From contig CP154954.1 of NCBI GenBank assembly GCA_039621445.1, positions 30,694,395 to 30,758,394 on the forward strand: DNA of 64,000 nucleotides. The letters are read 5' to 3'. A model generated the notes under the pieces. It saw only the letters and a program-made list of their open reading frames with translations, had not been told where the DNA came from and made no database searches. The stretch comes from Euglena gracilis (taxonomy: Eukaryota). The position numbers and the translations under genes were made by a program. Shown here in pieces: positions 45,850 through 59,737 of the stretch (positions within the stretch are counted from its first letter, which is position 1; the number at the start of each line of letters is the position of its first letter).

Positions 45850-47919
45850 CTCAGGGGGGGGAAATAGCTTGGGGGGGGGGGGCATGGCAAATTTGTCAAT
45901 TCGAATTTGTGGATTCAACATCTAAGCGAACATGGTGCCCCTCGATCAAAACCCTTCTCAAGAGAAAAACATTTAACGTTCATGGGTGAAATTGTGAACG
46001 TCTCACGCGTGCCCTTGGGGGGTTGGTACGCTGTGGCGAGGGGGTCCGAATAGGGGGGGGAGGGGGGTAAATGGCGTGGCGAGGGGGTCTCGGAGGGGGA
46101 GGGGTGTAGCATGGTTGCAAAATTAAAAATGTGACGGGTGGCGTGGCGAGGGGTCCGGCTTGGGGGGAGGGGGGGGGAATGGCGTGAGCCCCTCGGAGGG
46201 GGGGGGGGGAGGGGTGTACCATCCCCCCTTGGGGGTGACCATGAACACTTTTCGTGAGCACAGAAAATGGGGATTGTTTCCTTCCGGGAGCAACAAGGGG
46301 ATAGGAAAGGAGCTCGCCAGCCGACAAAACGTTGTTGATGGGCTCCCCATTGAAACTTGCAACGGTTTGACTCATGATGAGAGGGGCAATGAGGTCATTG
46401 AAGTGTGGGAACTACTTCAATGATGAGAGCACAATGGCTGAACCTGTGCGAGCTGAAGCTTGTAAAGGCGATAGACCAAATTGACCTAGGTTTGGAAAGA
46501 TGAACAGACGTCAAGCGAAGGCATCCATGTTTCCCAGCCTTGTCCCACTTGGCCTTCAGACAAGCCTCCACCACAGCATCAACTGACCACAATGCCCAAC
46601 CACCAAAACTTTGTCAAGAGTTGAATAAACCACGTCATGTTGCCCACAAATATCAACATTTTCCGAAAAGGCCTTCAAGGCAGCGTGGTTCGGCAATTTT
46701 CTTTTTTTCACCGCCATGGGTTGGAAGAAAATACAAGGTGGGTGCCTTGACATTGTGGCACGGAACCAGTGACCACTAAAAACACCAAAAAATGGGGGTA
46801 ACCTGTGACTTTGTTAAATGGTTTTAACGGAACCAGGGGTTCAAACACGTTTCACGGCGCGAAAATGGGGGGGGGGGGGCGCCCAACAGAGCCCCCGTTG
46901 GTTTTTGCTCTCAAAAAACATATTTAACCCCCCCAAAAACAACAAAGCAACAAGCAAGGTCGAGGGCATGATTTTTTGTTGAAACCATGTATTGGGGCTC
47001 TGGCTTCACACCCGAACCGGCGTCGAGAACGCCGGTTCGGGCGGGAAACCGACGTCTTGGGGACCCAAAATAAAAGTGCCAAAAAGTGTCCAAAATGGCT
47101 TGTGGACATGTGGCAATCATATCTGAGCAGTTTTTGGGGGGTATTTGGCCAGAAATTGTGGTATTTTGTGCAATGGTTTCCATTTGGCCAAATTTGGGGA
47201 ATTTCTGAAATAGAATACCATGCAGCACGGCTGAAATCTAAGGCCATCTGCTGAAAGCCCTTGAGAAGAGCTTTCAAACAAGGGGCAACATGGCAGGTGA
47301 ACAGTGGATTTTGGAATTTTCAAAAAGGGTCGGAACATGCAATCGGCGATTTTCAGGGTGCTGTGCAGTGTGGCTGAGTTCTGAGGGTGCCAAGCGAAAG
47401 GTCTCAGGGAGAGGTTTCGATTGATATGCTGTATGGCACCTGAGGTGTGAGATTTCACAAATTGAGATGTCAAATTTTGGGATACACAATCGCTGAAAAT
47501 AAGTGCTGTGTGCATCATGGCTGAATCCTGTTGCCATCTGTCAAAAGCCCTTGAGAAGAGCTTTCGATTGAAGGGCAACATGGCATCAGATATGTGAAAA
47601 CTTCAATCGGCCGATCGACATGGCCATGCGCCCAAAGGAGGCAAAAAATGCTCAAAAATGTTCAAAAAATGGGTATTCAGAGCGAAATTGGCCGTGACTC
47701 CTTGAACGCCGGTTCGGGCGTGAAGCCAGAGCCCCTAATCCACGGTTTCAACAAACTGTGTCCGAACGCCGGTTCGGGCTGCGGAACTGTGTTGCAGAAC
47801 GCCGGTTCGGGCGGCAGCCCAAACCGGCGTTCTGGAACACAGTTCCGCGGCCCGAACCGGCGTTCTGGACACAGTTTTCGTATCAGAAAACCTTGTATTT
47901 CTGCAAAAATACAAGCTTA

Positions 47920-48008
47920 GGGACACCTGATGCTCAAGGTGAGAACTTGGCACCAAAGCCACCGCCGCAACAACAGGTGGTACTTTGTTGCTTGAATCCG
48001 TGTCCCCA
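47920..48008 (-). pseudogene. Small fragment of a CRE-like retrotransposon
   Basis: LGTRIQATKYHLLLRRWL matches MGTRIQATKYRLLLRWWL of ORF 59738-63205. Confidence 0.75.
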
Positions 48009-51000
48009 ACAAAAAATTTCTTTCATTTGGAATCAAAAATTCGACCCACCCCCAAATGAACCAAAATGACCTCGGAGAAGGCAAGGGATGAATAGCCAAG
48101 TTGTGTCAATTGATCGTTTCAGGTGGCTGAAGGATTACCCTGCCCCCCATTGGACATTTGATTTTCGGATATTTTTTTTGAAACCCTGTTGCAAGTCATC
48201 GTTGTTCGCGTTGGGGATTTTCGGCAGGGAGATCTTTTGGCCAACTTCTTGATTTTCGGATTTATGTGGCACACAAACATCACAGTTTTTAGAATTATCA
48301 TCCCCCCCCCAGGGGAAAGATGTTTGTGCCACAAGGAGGTGCGCATTGACATTCTTTCACAATTTCTCGGTATTTTTCTGCCCCCCCCCTTTTCATGCAA
48401 CGTCACCGATTTTTGTTTCACTTTCAAAGTGATTTCAAAAGCGAATTTCTGAAGTCACCGCATTTTTGGGGGGGAATTTTCGTATCGAATCAACAGTTTT
48501 TTTTTGTTCATTACCATATTCTGTGACCCCCCTATTCGCGGGTGTGAAGCTCGATCATTTCGATCCCCAGGATTTTCAGTACGCATGATTTTTCTGCCAA
48601 GTACTCCGACGGTATGTTTTTTCGTTCTTCCTCCCATTCATGGGTTAAGATGAGACGTCGAAATTTTCCGATGCCTTTTCAAGCATAGTGGGCCGGCCTG
48701 TTTTTTTTTTGACGTTGTTTTTTTTTTTTGTTTTTTTTAATTCTAACAATGTTTTTTTAAAAAAAACAAAAAAAACGCCCAGTGGGTTTTGCATAAAAAA
48801 ATTTTGGAATGCACTTTTTCAATGATTTTTGGCAACTTCTGGGCAATTTCTGCCAAAAACTTCCATCCACAAAAAATGAAAAAAGTCACAAAATTCCATT
48901 TTTGTTGCATTTTTGGATGTTTTTGACCTTTTTTGGTAGTTTTTGAACTTAGTAGGATTCAAAGAATGGTTTGGGAGTTTCATAACGAGTTTTTTCAATG
49001 AAATTTTCCTTTTGTTTTTTTTTGATGTTTTTTTACTGTTTTTTTTTTAAAAAAAAACATGTTGTTTTTGTTTTTTAAAAAAAAACAAAAAAATGCCGAC
49101 TATGTTTTCAAGGCCGTTTCTTTCCCAAATTCTCAAAAATTTTGTATTTTCTGGGAATTTTTGATTGTGTATGCATCATCGGTTTAGTTGTTGATCACAG
49201 GTTTTCATCATCCCCCCCCCAGCCGATTGAGTCGTGTTTTCCTTTTTATCGCTTTTTTTTGATTTTTTGAGATTTTTTGATTCCGCCGCCCAAGGGAATT
49301 GGTTTATAAATTCTCCCCCTCCTTTTTTTTTCCGGCAGGACCCTGATTTTTTTGCCATTTTTGCCATTCGTCGTTTCGTTCGGTAATTTTTGAAGGAATT
49401 CTGGTTGTTTCATACCCCCCCCCCTTTATTTGACCCCCCCCCTTAATTGAGCATTTGGGTCAGGGGAAAATTTTTTTTCATGCGCCGAAGGCGCCGAAAA
49501 TTTTTTTGCCCTATTTCTAAAGGAATTTTTGCCCCCCTTATTTGACCCCCCCCCTTATTTGAGCATTTGGGGGGTCAAATGATTCATGTGCTTGGCTACA
49601 CCAGCCAACCACAAGTCAAAACAGTGGGGTAAAAAACAATTCTACCAACGGTGGAAATTCAGGGTTGCGAAAATGAACGAAAACGTGCAATCAGATTACT
49701 TGGTGTAATACAGATAAAATCAAATGGCAGCCTCCATTGTCATTGAAGGGGGGGGCGATGAATCACGACCACATGGATCTTAGCGTAATGTTTGGAATCG
49801 ACCATGGACCGAGTTCGAGCGATGAGCAACATCCTGGAGGGCGGGCAAAAATCTACCTCCAATCGCCATTTCGCCTCCTTGACACCCACCCGAAGTGGGT
49901 ATTAGTCGGGGGGCTGGGGGTTAAAAAATGTAAATTATGGCCCTGGCTTGCCTAAATCCCTTCCCTCCCTTCCCCTTACCTCCCTTTCCCCCTTTCCCAC
50001 CACATAGCTCGAATATCCACCTCCCTTTGCCATAACCCTTACCCTTGCCCTTACCATTCCCCTTCCCGTCACCCCACTCCGCGCTTGGCCTTGTCGACGC
50101 CTCCAACGGTGTGGCTTCCGAAACGAGGATGTCCGCCAACGGTCGGGGGGGCAGCCCCACTCCTGGCGTATCTCCCCGCCAGCCCATTTTTTTTGTTGGG
50201 GGGGGGGCTGATTCGGGAACCGATATGAATCGAAGGGACGTTGAATCATGGTAAAAAAGTCAAACACCCTCGCAATCTTGTCGGCTCTCCCTTGGTTACC
50301 TCATCGATAAAAATTGTGGCACTATGCCGACCGAATGGCCGGGAGTCTCAAAAACTCCGGCCTCGAAATGGAACGGGCGGCCTCAAAAGCCGATTCCTTG
50401 GGAGTCAAATGAGGTCAGCTTCAAATATAGTGCCACCCTATCCCCTTTGACGAACTTCACTGAAATACGTTTTGTGAACCGTGTGGAGCGAGGGTGTAGG
50501 GGATAGGCACATCATCATTGATGCGGTGTCAATGATTTTGGGTAACCAGCCGACCCCGTTCCAATGCATAATGATGGAAAAATCTGGGCTGGTGGTCATT
50601 CCTTTGTCGCAGGACCGAGAGGGTCAAATGGGGGTGGCGGGGTTGACCCGCCTATTCCCGCCCTCGGCATTGGGGGGCCTCGGTGGCCGGGGCCGCCGGC
50701 GGAGCGCCGATGAGAGCGGGGGCTGTGGGAGCCACGTCCATCACTAAAAAAAAAAATCAAAAAAGGTGAAAAAAAATGGAAATTCAGCATTTCGGCTCCC
50801 AATACTATCCCTTTCGGCCGAATGTGAGAGGGGGGGGGTGAACTCATGAACGGTGAAAATGTCGACAAAAAAAATTCGGTCGAAATGCATTGGAAAACAT
50901 TGTTGTGGTTACGGCCACGGGGGGGGGGGTATCTTAGACCTTATCAACGGATCCAAATTTTGCACCAGGGTCTTAAAAATTCTCTTCCCTGAACAAAATT

Positions 51001-51641
51001 CAAAATCACAGGTCCCTTTGTTGAAGAGAAATCGCCCACAATACAATGGCGAGTGACAGAAGAAAGGGGGGCAAAAAACAAGCCATCGAAATCACATACT
51101 GATGAGGGGAGATTGAGAAAAATAACCTCCTTGAGAAAACGAGCAATAAGGCATGGCAACAACTAGTTGCCGAGAGCCACGCTCTCACACCAAACTTTTT
51201 CCCTATGCATGAATTTGGGGAAAGATCAAATCCAAATGATGTCTTTGATGACGGCAACAAAAAAAGAACCAAAAGAAACGGTAGAGCATCCACCTTGGCC
51301 GTCAAAGAAAGGGAATAAAAAACAACTTTCAGGTGAGATTTTCTTTCAAAACTCGAACCTGAAATTTGAAATCCAAATTTCGTTCCTTAAGACCACACGT
51401 CGTTTGTGTTTTCGGGTCTTAATTCAGAAAATCTGGGGGGGGGGGGCTGAAAAATTGGCACGTCTGAAAATCTGCTGGCTGGAAATCCACATTACGCTTC
51501 ATAAAAAATCTTCTTCCAAAAAAAATGTTGTTGGTTGGAAGAAAGAATGTGACTTTGACTCGGCAACTTTGACTTGTAGGCGTGGTTGGCCAAACCATTT
51601 TAAACCTCCCCATGACAAAAGTTAACCTTTTTCATGGGATA

Positions 51642-51849
51642 ACGTGACCCCCCCCCCTATATGTCACCCCCCCCTAATAGTCGCCCCCCCCCCCTTGGGG
51701 GGGCGACAATTAGGGGGGGGGGTTACCCATGGACCGATGGAAATGTAGGGTAAATTGAGTACCCCCCCCTAATTGTCACCCCCCCCTAATTGTCGCCAGG
51801 GGGGTCAAAACGCTCCGGGGGGGGGGGTGCCATATAGGGGGGGTCACGT
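51642..51849. mobile_element. TA-flanked MITE (Tc1/mariner-type)
   Basis: TIR ACGTGACCCCCCCC..TATATG / CATATAGGGGGGGTCACGT, with TA on both sides. Confidence 0.8.
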
Positions 51850-52262
51850 TAAATGGACCACTGAAATAAAACTGGGGAATCTGAAAAAAGTCAAAAATCC
51901 AAGTGTCACAATGACACCTTTGACGCTTGGCTCGTAAGGTGGAGCAAGAGTATAGGATGGGTAACGTGGGGCGTGGAATCCTTCCATGGGAACTCTGAAA
52001 CAAACAAAAAAGTCCACCATCAAAAGTCCACAAAAATCCAAATCAAAAATCCACAAAAATCCAAATCAAAAATCCACAAAAATCCAAATCAAAAATCCAC
52101 AGAAACCCTCCTCACATGTGATGGCTGCAAAATTCTTCTTCTTGGTCCTCCTCACCAAACACGTACCAGCCGAACACAAGAATTTTGAGCAAATTGACGC
52201 CTTTCGTTGAAAAACAAAAATAAGTGTCCGCAATAAAAATGTTGAGATAAAGAAAAACCATA

Positions 52263-53485
52263 TATTGCAAAAACTGGCTCCTACACTAGACAAGTGTGGG
52301 GGGGGGGGGGGGGGGGTGGGGGGGGGGGGGGGGGGGGTGTGGGGGGGTGTGTGGGGTTGTGGGGGGTGGTGTCGTGGGGGGGGTTGGGGGAGGGGGGGGG
52401 GTTATGGGGGGGTGTGTGGGGGGGTTGTTTTTTTTGGTTTTTGTTCTGTGTTTTTTTGGTTTCTTGTTTCTTGCGTGGTGGGTGGAGTCGGTGGGGGGGG
52501 GTATGGTGGGCGGGGTAGGGGGGGGGGGTGTGGGGGGGGGGGGGGGGGGGGGGGTGTGGGGGGATGTGGGGGGGCGTAGGCCACTGGACCCCTCATCGGT
52601 GGCAATTTTTTGCAACGATGCGCAGTGATAATGGGGGGGGCGGGGGGGAGGGGGGGTGGGGGGGGCGCAGCCCCCCCCTCCCCCCCCCGCCGCGGTGGCC
52701 GTAGGCCACCGGACCCCTCATCGGTGGCAATTTTTTGCAACAATGCGCAGTGATAATGGGGGGGGTGGGGGAGAGGGGGGGGGGCGGGGGGGGAGGGGGG
52801 GGCGCAGCCCCCCCTCCCCCCCCGCCGCGGTGGCCGTAGGCCACCGGACCCCTCATCGGTGGCCGTGGGCCTGGATAATGTCTATCTGGGCTCCAATTTT
52901 TCACGGAAAAAAAACATACATTTTCATGAAAAAGGTACCAAAATTTTCAGGTTTAAGTTGTTTTCAGGAGTGGTGATAAAACTGCGAAGTCAAAAAAACT
53001 GCCCCAAATTTTGGCACACTCAAATTTTATTGACATTTTTTCTCTTGGCAAATTTTTGCTATTTCAACCATTTTTTTGCTTCAAGAACCTACGACATTCA
53101 AACCTTTTAGAAAATTGTGAAATTTGGACGGTGTGGAAAAAAATGTGCGGTCTTGGACGGACCTCCAATTTGCCAACATAGGTACCAAAATGGGTACAAA
53201 ATACCCCAGGCGCCGAAGCCACACTGGTCAAGTGTGGGGGGGGGTGTGGGGGGGGGGTGGGGGGGGGGTGTGGGGGGGTGTGGGGTAGGGGGGGGTATGG
53301 GGGGGTATGGGGGGGGGAGGGGGGGGGGGGTGTGGGGGGGTGTGGGGGGGGTGTGGGGGGGGTGGGGGGGGTGTGGGGGGGGGGGGGGGTGTGGGGGGGG
53401 GTTTGGGGGGAGTGGGGGGGGTGTGGGGGGGGTGTGGGGGGGGTGTGGGGGTAAATGTCTAGTATAGGGGCCAGTTTTTGCAATA
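52263..53485. mobile_element. TIR element with long G-rich subterminal tracts and internal direct repeats of about 120 bp
   Basis: 30-bp inverted ends TATTGCAAAAACTGGCTCCTACACTAGACA / TGTCTAGTATAGGGGCCAGTTTTTGCAATA. Confidence 0.75.
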
Positions 53486-55615
53486 CCTCAGAAAAACACG
53501 AAGCCAAAAAAACCAAATCACGTGAAAAGAGAAAATCAGCTTCACGTCCATTCATGAGCAAACAAAATTCCACGACGCTGAATACCAGGGGGGGGGTATC
53601 CGTTCAATCAAAAAAAATGCACCGTGAAACGGGAAAAATAATTTTTTCCAACCATGGGGGGGGGAAACGACAAAGAAACCCCGAACAATGGAAGGAAGTG
53701 GCCTGGGTGTGCTCAAATAAAGGGGGGGTACCCCCGTTTCATGCGTTTGCCTGCCCCCCCCCCCCGGATGCTTGTTCGCCCTCTTACGACGCGCTCTCCG
53801 TCATATACCCCATTCCATGTATACACCCCATCGACCATTGCTTATTGCTGAATTTAGTTTACAATTTCTGTTTTTATTCCGCTCACCACAATTGATGATT
53901 TTAATTGGATCTTTTTTGCCAATGTCTTCTTTTCATTTCTCATTGTTCACCGACGAAGAAAAAAAAGTTTCACCGAATTTTTCAGTTAAAAAAATTCCTT
54001 GGTTTTTTCTAAGGAGGGGCGTGTAAGAGGTAGTGGGTCGGTGTCCAATGCAGATTTTATGAATTATTAGGAATTTTGACCGCCCAAAGCACTGTTTTCC
54101 CAACCAGTAAAATTAGAGCCGCCGCGCGGCCTGATTACCCCCTACATAGGTCCTGAAGTGGTGAACACCCCCAGGAAGTTTTTTTGCGGCTTCCGCCCTG
54201 ATTTTCTGCCCCTCCCCCCAGCTAGGATCATTTCAAGTGCGGAACTGCCAGAAAAACGGTTTGGCAAAGGTTCAAATTTACATTTGTTTTATCTTTCAGG
54301 ACTCCTCTTTTGATACACAATATTTTTGGGATTTGGTATTGAATCTTGACAACAAGACTTGTTCACAAGTTCTTTCAAGTTGTATTTGTGCTTCAAGTGC
54401 TTGTCCACAAGTTGTGTTCAAGAATTGTTTTGTTGGATCTCAATTGGCACTTATTGACCAAACAATCATCATTGGTACAAACCAAGTCAATTGACCAAAG
54501 AAAGTTATATTTCACCGCAACACTCACATCAAGACATCAAAGGTATCCAAGCTTGTGTTGTGCTTTGTCTTGGGTTGGGAAGCGAAGGAATTAAAGGCTA
54601 GGAAAAGGGGGCAAATTCCATTTTCAGTTAAAATTGATCCTACGCCCGGGGCCTGAGCCCTCCCCAGAAAAGCAGGTTTTTCTGCAGGAATAAAAATTTT
54701 CTGCGGGAAAACCCCCCTCAACATGATTTGTGACGCCGACGGCGTTACTGGAGGTCAGGTAGTGCCGGTGGATGAGGGGCCCTGGTTAGACAGCCTCATA
54801 GTGACAATCAGCCTTCACCCCAGACACGGCCCGCCCCGACCTCGCCCCCCGACCTGCCTCCGAAACAGACCCGGCTCCTCTCACCTCAGACTCACCCCGA
54901 CCCCAGAGCACTCTGTTTGGGCCCCCCTCAAGACCTCCCGCCAGGGCTTTTGGGAGGCCTCCCTTTCGGCCACGTCGCCAGCCCGGCGGCTTTGGCCGCA
55001 GCCGAAAGGCTCTTACTGGCACAATTACCAATCTCTCTCCCTAGCAGCGCCTCGTCGTCCAATGACATCCTAAGCCCGGCTGCCGTCGCCGCGGCCGTGG
55101 CACGAAACCCGGCTGCCTTTGCCTCCCCTTTCCTCTCCAACCTCCCTCAGCTCCCCCCCCCCCCGGCCCACACCCTGCAACTGTGGCCACCTCCGTCGCC
55201 CTCCTTGGCTGCCCGGTTCCGGGGCCCCAGGTCTTCACCCCCGTTCCTTGCCCTCCCCGAGCTCAGACCCCGCCAAACGATATGCTTGCGCCTTCCCCGT
55301 CTGTCTTTGACCCCACGACAGCAGGAATTCACTCATACTCCACCTCAACTGTGTTCACCACGCGCACCTTAGTCTGCTGTGTGGGGACTATCTCCGTGAT
55401 CTCCAAGTTTGGTTTTGGTGCAGTGACCCCCCAACGCAATGCTGCATGAGCTCGTCCAGTGCGTGTAGCAGCCGCAAGGGGCTGCCCGAATCCCCTTCTC
55501 GAATGAGCTTAGCCAAATGGGCAGGCCGAAGTCCGGAAGGGCCTGGGGCACTCCCACGGGGGAACGATAGTGTGACGTGCCGAAGGGCGGAGAGCCGATC
55601 CTCTAGGCAGGTATT

Positions 55616-55955
55616 GGGGGTGTCTGGGACGCGGGGGGGACGCGGGGGGGGGGGGGGCGGGGGGGGACGCGGGGGAGACGCCATTTTTGGGACGGTGAAA
55701 TTAGGAATTTGCTGCGAGAAAATTTTAGCCAAATTAGGATTCTACCACAACAAATTAGGACAAACCCACCCCCAATTAGGAATCACCCACCGCAAGTTAA
55801 GAATCACCCACACCAAATTAGGAATCACCAACCTCAAATTTTCCTGAAATTAGGAATCAGCCTCCTAAATTTAGCTGTCTCGAGAACAAAATTTTGGTTC
55901 CAAAGTGGGACGCGGGGGAGACGCGGGGGGGGGGGACGCGGGGGAGACACACCCC
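55616..55955. mobile_element. MITE with 3-bp TSD ATT (PIF/Harbinger-like)
   Basis: GGGGGTGTCT / AGACACACCCC ends; ATT at 55613-15 and 55956-58; removal restores the frame NCYAN|TCLEDRL...SFPRG. Confidence 0.8.
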
Positions 55956-58461
55956 ATTGGCATAGCAATTGCTGCGCTTGGACGCCAGACGTTGGCGGTC
56001 GGTTGGCCAGGCGAAGCCCGCACCTGTGGGGTGTAGGTCCTGGAGGGCGGAGAAGACCGGGCCGGACCGAGGGTCATGCATCCCCTTGCTAAGCAGCCGT
56101 TTAGCGGCCTTAGAAAAGGCACCCTCGGCCACGAGGGAACGAAGGGAGCGCAGTAAGTCAGCACTGCGGCTGTCTGCCTGGAGGTCAGCAGGGTCGGAAT
56201 CGGAGTCGGAAAGGCGGGGCCGTTTGCGGGTGGTGCGATCCATGGGTGAGCGCTCACTTTCGGAGAGTTCTGTCCAAATGGCTGCCACCAGGAGGGAGGG
56301 TAGGCGGAGGGCGCAATCCGTAACGAGGTCCCGGAGGGCGCGTTGTGCACGTTCATTGGCCCCCCCACGGGTGTCAGCACATAGGCAGAAGCGAGGGAAG
56401 GCAAAAAGGCGGAAAAGCACCTCCCATGTGGGACGGCTGTGCAGATGACGTATCAGTTCTGCAAGACAATGTCCAAGGGCAGTGCGGGAGCCGCGCGGAG
56501 TGTGCCGCATAATGGGGCAGCGGAGTTGGAAGAGGCCGGAGATGTCCGGGACGGTGGGGGGACGTGCGCTATCGAGGGAGGTCTCGAGGGAACCTGATGT
56601 GGGGCGGGGAAGGGCAGGTTGAATGATGGCGATTTCGTGTGGGGCCCGTGGTTCGGGCCCAGAAGGGCCATCACGAAGGGCACGAGACCGGCGTGCAACC
56701 CGTTCGTCCCGCTCGATCAAGGCGCAGGAATTGCCACCACAGAGGCCGCGTAAAGGGGACAAGCGGCAGCAGTGCCCTTTAGCAGCTGAGTGGCTCTGCT
56801 CCGCCAACCTCTTCCCCCTCCGGAAGAAGGACCACGGTGTTCGGCCGGTCGCGGTGGGCCACACGTTGCGCCGGGTAGTGGAGAAAACATTGCTCTCCCT
56901 TCCCGAAACAGCACAAGCCGGAACGAACCTTCGGCCCCTTCAATCCGCCTTTGGAGGGAAGGTCGCCCGCGAAAAGATCGGCATTACCCTGCAACACCTT
57001 TGTATTGCACAAGCAAGCAGAGGAGTCCGACTGGGTATTGCTCCAAATCGACATTCGCAACGCCTTTAACTCCATACAGCGGCAAGCCATCCTCGACGCG
57101 GTCCACCGTGCACCCCACCTGCTGCACTGGTGTCGCCTCTCGCTCCAGCCTTCGTGGCTCTTCGTAGGGGATTCCATCCTATGGAGCACAGAGGGTGGAC
57201 AACAAGGAGCCCCCTTGGTCCCTCTCCTCTTCTCACTGGCCATTCATGACGTTCTGCAGTCAGCACCGAGTCGGGATTGCGCCTTTTGGTATCTTGACGA
57301 CGGTTCCTTTCTGACAAACGTCCCCACGGCCAACCTCACTCTCCACCACATTCAGACTGGCCTCGCACGGCTCAGTTGTTCCCTCAACCTTGCGAAGACC
57401 ACAATCTGGGGCCCGGGGACCTCCCAACTAGACTCCCTTCCACCGGATGCCATCCTTCGACAAGCCGCCCTCATCCCTTTCTCCCCCGACTCCGGGGTCA
57501 CCGTCCTGGGTGTCCCCATCCATCACCCTGCCTCCGCTGCCTTCGTACAGCAGCAGCTGGAAAGCTCTGTGGCCAAACACGAAGCCGCCACAGGCATCCT
57601 TGCATCCGTGCGCGACCCACAGGTACAACTTGCCCTCTTGCGCTTCTGCTTTGATGCATGCAAGTTCAGCTCCCTCCTGCGAAGCGCCCACTGCCTCCCT
57701 TTCCGGGACCTTCTCTCCCGTGCTAATAACTGTCTCCGCAGCACTTTCCAACAGATTCTGGACTGCTCGGGCTTGCTCCCCTCTACGCCACGGAGGTCTG
57801 GGCATTTGCCCGTCTACGTCCACAGTACTCCCGGCCCGCCTGAGCGCGCTCCTTTCCTGGCTCACCCATGCGCCCGACGACCTCGGCCTCCAAGACATCA
57901 TTCACGCCCCCCTGGACGGCCTGCTTGACCTACCGAATGGTCTCCGCTCCCAACTCGGTGACACCTTTGAACCAATACAAAAATGGTTCACAACCGGGCA
58001 GCTCGACCCCGGTGACACGAGTCATCACGACCAAGCCTGGTGGATCAGCTCCGCCTCGCATCCAAGACCGCCTTCCTCGCGTCCCTCAATAACCGGGACC
58101 GTGTCCGCTTTGAGCACCAGTCTTCCCCAATCAGCTCAAGTTGGATCGGCGCCCGGCCGTGCAAGGCCGCAGGAATGGTGATCGACGGCGCGGCATTCCG
58201 GATGATGCTGAAATGGCACCTTGGGCTGCCTATAATTCCATTGAACTTGGCGGGCTCCCCTTGCCCCCTCGGATGTGGCCAAGTGATCGACCCGTTCGGA
58301 GACCACGCCCTGTGCTGCCGGAAGAACAAACTCTGGGAGCGGCATCACCGCATTCAGCACTTTCTGGGACTCCAACTGCAAGCTCGGGGTATCCCCCACG
58401 CGCTTGAGGTTTCCGTGGCAGTCGACCAGAAGCGGGATGCGGACATCTTCCTCCCCCACTG

Positions 58462-59143
58462 CAGGGTTAGGCAATTAACCGTCATTTTCCAGGTCAAGCG
58501 ATTAACCATGGTTAATTAGGGGTCGGGAGTCGATTAACCAATTTTCGATTACCCTCCCCCCCTTATTGTCCCCCCCCACATATTGTCCCTCTGCCCCGCG
58601 GACGGGGGGTTTTTTTGGCTTAGCCAATGAAAATCCTTTGGTACCCCCTTATTGTCCCCCCCCTTATTGTCCGGTCGGGCCTCCCGGGGGGAGGTCGGTG
58701 GGACAATAAGGGGGGGGGGGTGGTAACCGTGCCTGTCCCTCGATTAATTTCGATCAACCGCCACCGTATCATCCCCCCCCTCCCAAAACAAATGCCATTT
58801 GCCTTTCTGGCTTTACCTTCGCCACTCCACAATTGGCCAAAACCCCCAAATTTGTCGTCCAGAAAATTTGGTATCAAAAACAGAGTTTACATTCAAGGCT
58901 TTTTGAAAGAATTTTTCATCCACATTAGCATTGAACACAACCTTGCCATCTTCCTTGATGAAATGTTCCCAAACTAGAGACATTTCTTCTTCTGACAACA
59001 AAAAAAGAAGCGATTAACCACGGGGGTCACATGCGATTAACCGTTTTTCGATTAACCATGGTTAATTGTCCCCCCCACAAACGACCGATTAATTGGGGGG
59101 GTCACAAGCGATTAACCGTTTTTCGATTAACCATCCAACCTTG
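58462..59143. mobile_element. hAT-type MITE (CGATTAACC repeats) inserted in the CRE endonuclease region
   Basis: Ends CAGGGTTAGG / CCAACCTTG; TSD (C)CCCACTG; removal restores DIFLPHW. Confidence 0.8.
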
Positions 59144-59737
59144 CCCACTGGTCAGGGGCTGCCTCATGGGCCATCGACGTGGGTAGAAACCACCCCTCAT
59201 CACCCAGTGCCGCGTGGGGGACATGGTCGGAATCAAAACACTTGGGAGGAGTAAAATACACAAAAACTGTTTTAAACATGTTTCAAACAGTTTCCAACAA
59301 TTCAGATCGCGAAAGACAGCCTGATTCCTAACTCATGTGTCGGCCGAAAAAAAAAGGCCGCTAAAGCGGCAATATCGTTTTCGAGTTCGCGGCCAGGCCC
59401 CACTGGATACAAGGCATCGGCTGATCTTCAGCGGCGTTGCTCTGCTTTTCCTACGGTCCGCCTCCTTCCCGCATCGATTCGTTCACCCGACCTGCACAGC
59501 TTCTCCTGAGACCATTTGAGTCTGGCACGTGTCGGTAAACGACCAAGGCCATTGGGCAAGGATGTCGCGATGAACCACTGGATTACGACCCGCCGGTACC
59601 ACTCACGTGGCCGAAGAACTCCGGAAGCTGATCAACAACGACCTCATCTCGCCCTGTTTCCTATTCCCTAAGCTCACCCGTTTTACCTTCCCTCACTGTC
59701 GCCTCTGTACATAGCCTTACTCCCCTGCACTCCTCAA

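Larger units (their letters stand above)
54720..59700 (+). mobile_element. Degenerate CRE/SLACS-like non-LTR retrotransposon with an internal inversion and two MITE insertions
   Basis: N-terminal zinc-finger-like CAFPVC...HLNCVH; RT VRPVAVG, QIDIRNAFN, GGQQGAPL, WYLDDG; CPLGC...DHALCC...RH; KRDADI. Outer boundaries approximate. Confidence 0.85.

Noticed and set aside
29900-54600. Numerous short Lys/Phe/Gly/Pro-rich ORFs
   Set aside because: They derive from homopolymer-rich MITEs and low-complexity DNA with no domain motifs. The GKGKG-rich stretch near 49950-50080 may be a gag remnant but cannot be supported.
55698-55875. AAATTAGG repeats as telomeric sequence
   Set aside because: They are about 20-bp AAATTAGGAATCACC units inside a MITE, not tandem TTAGGG.
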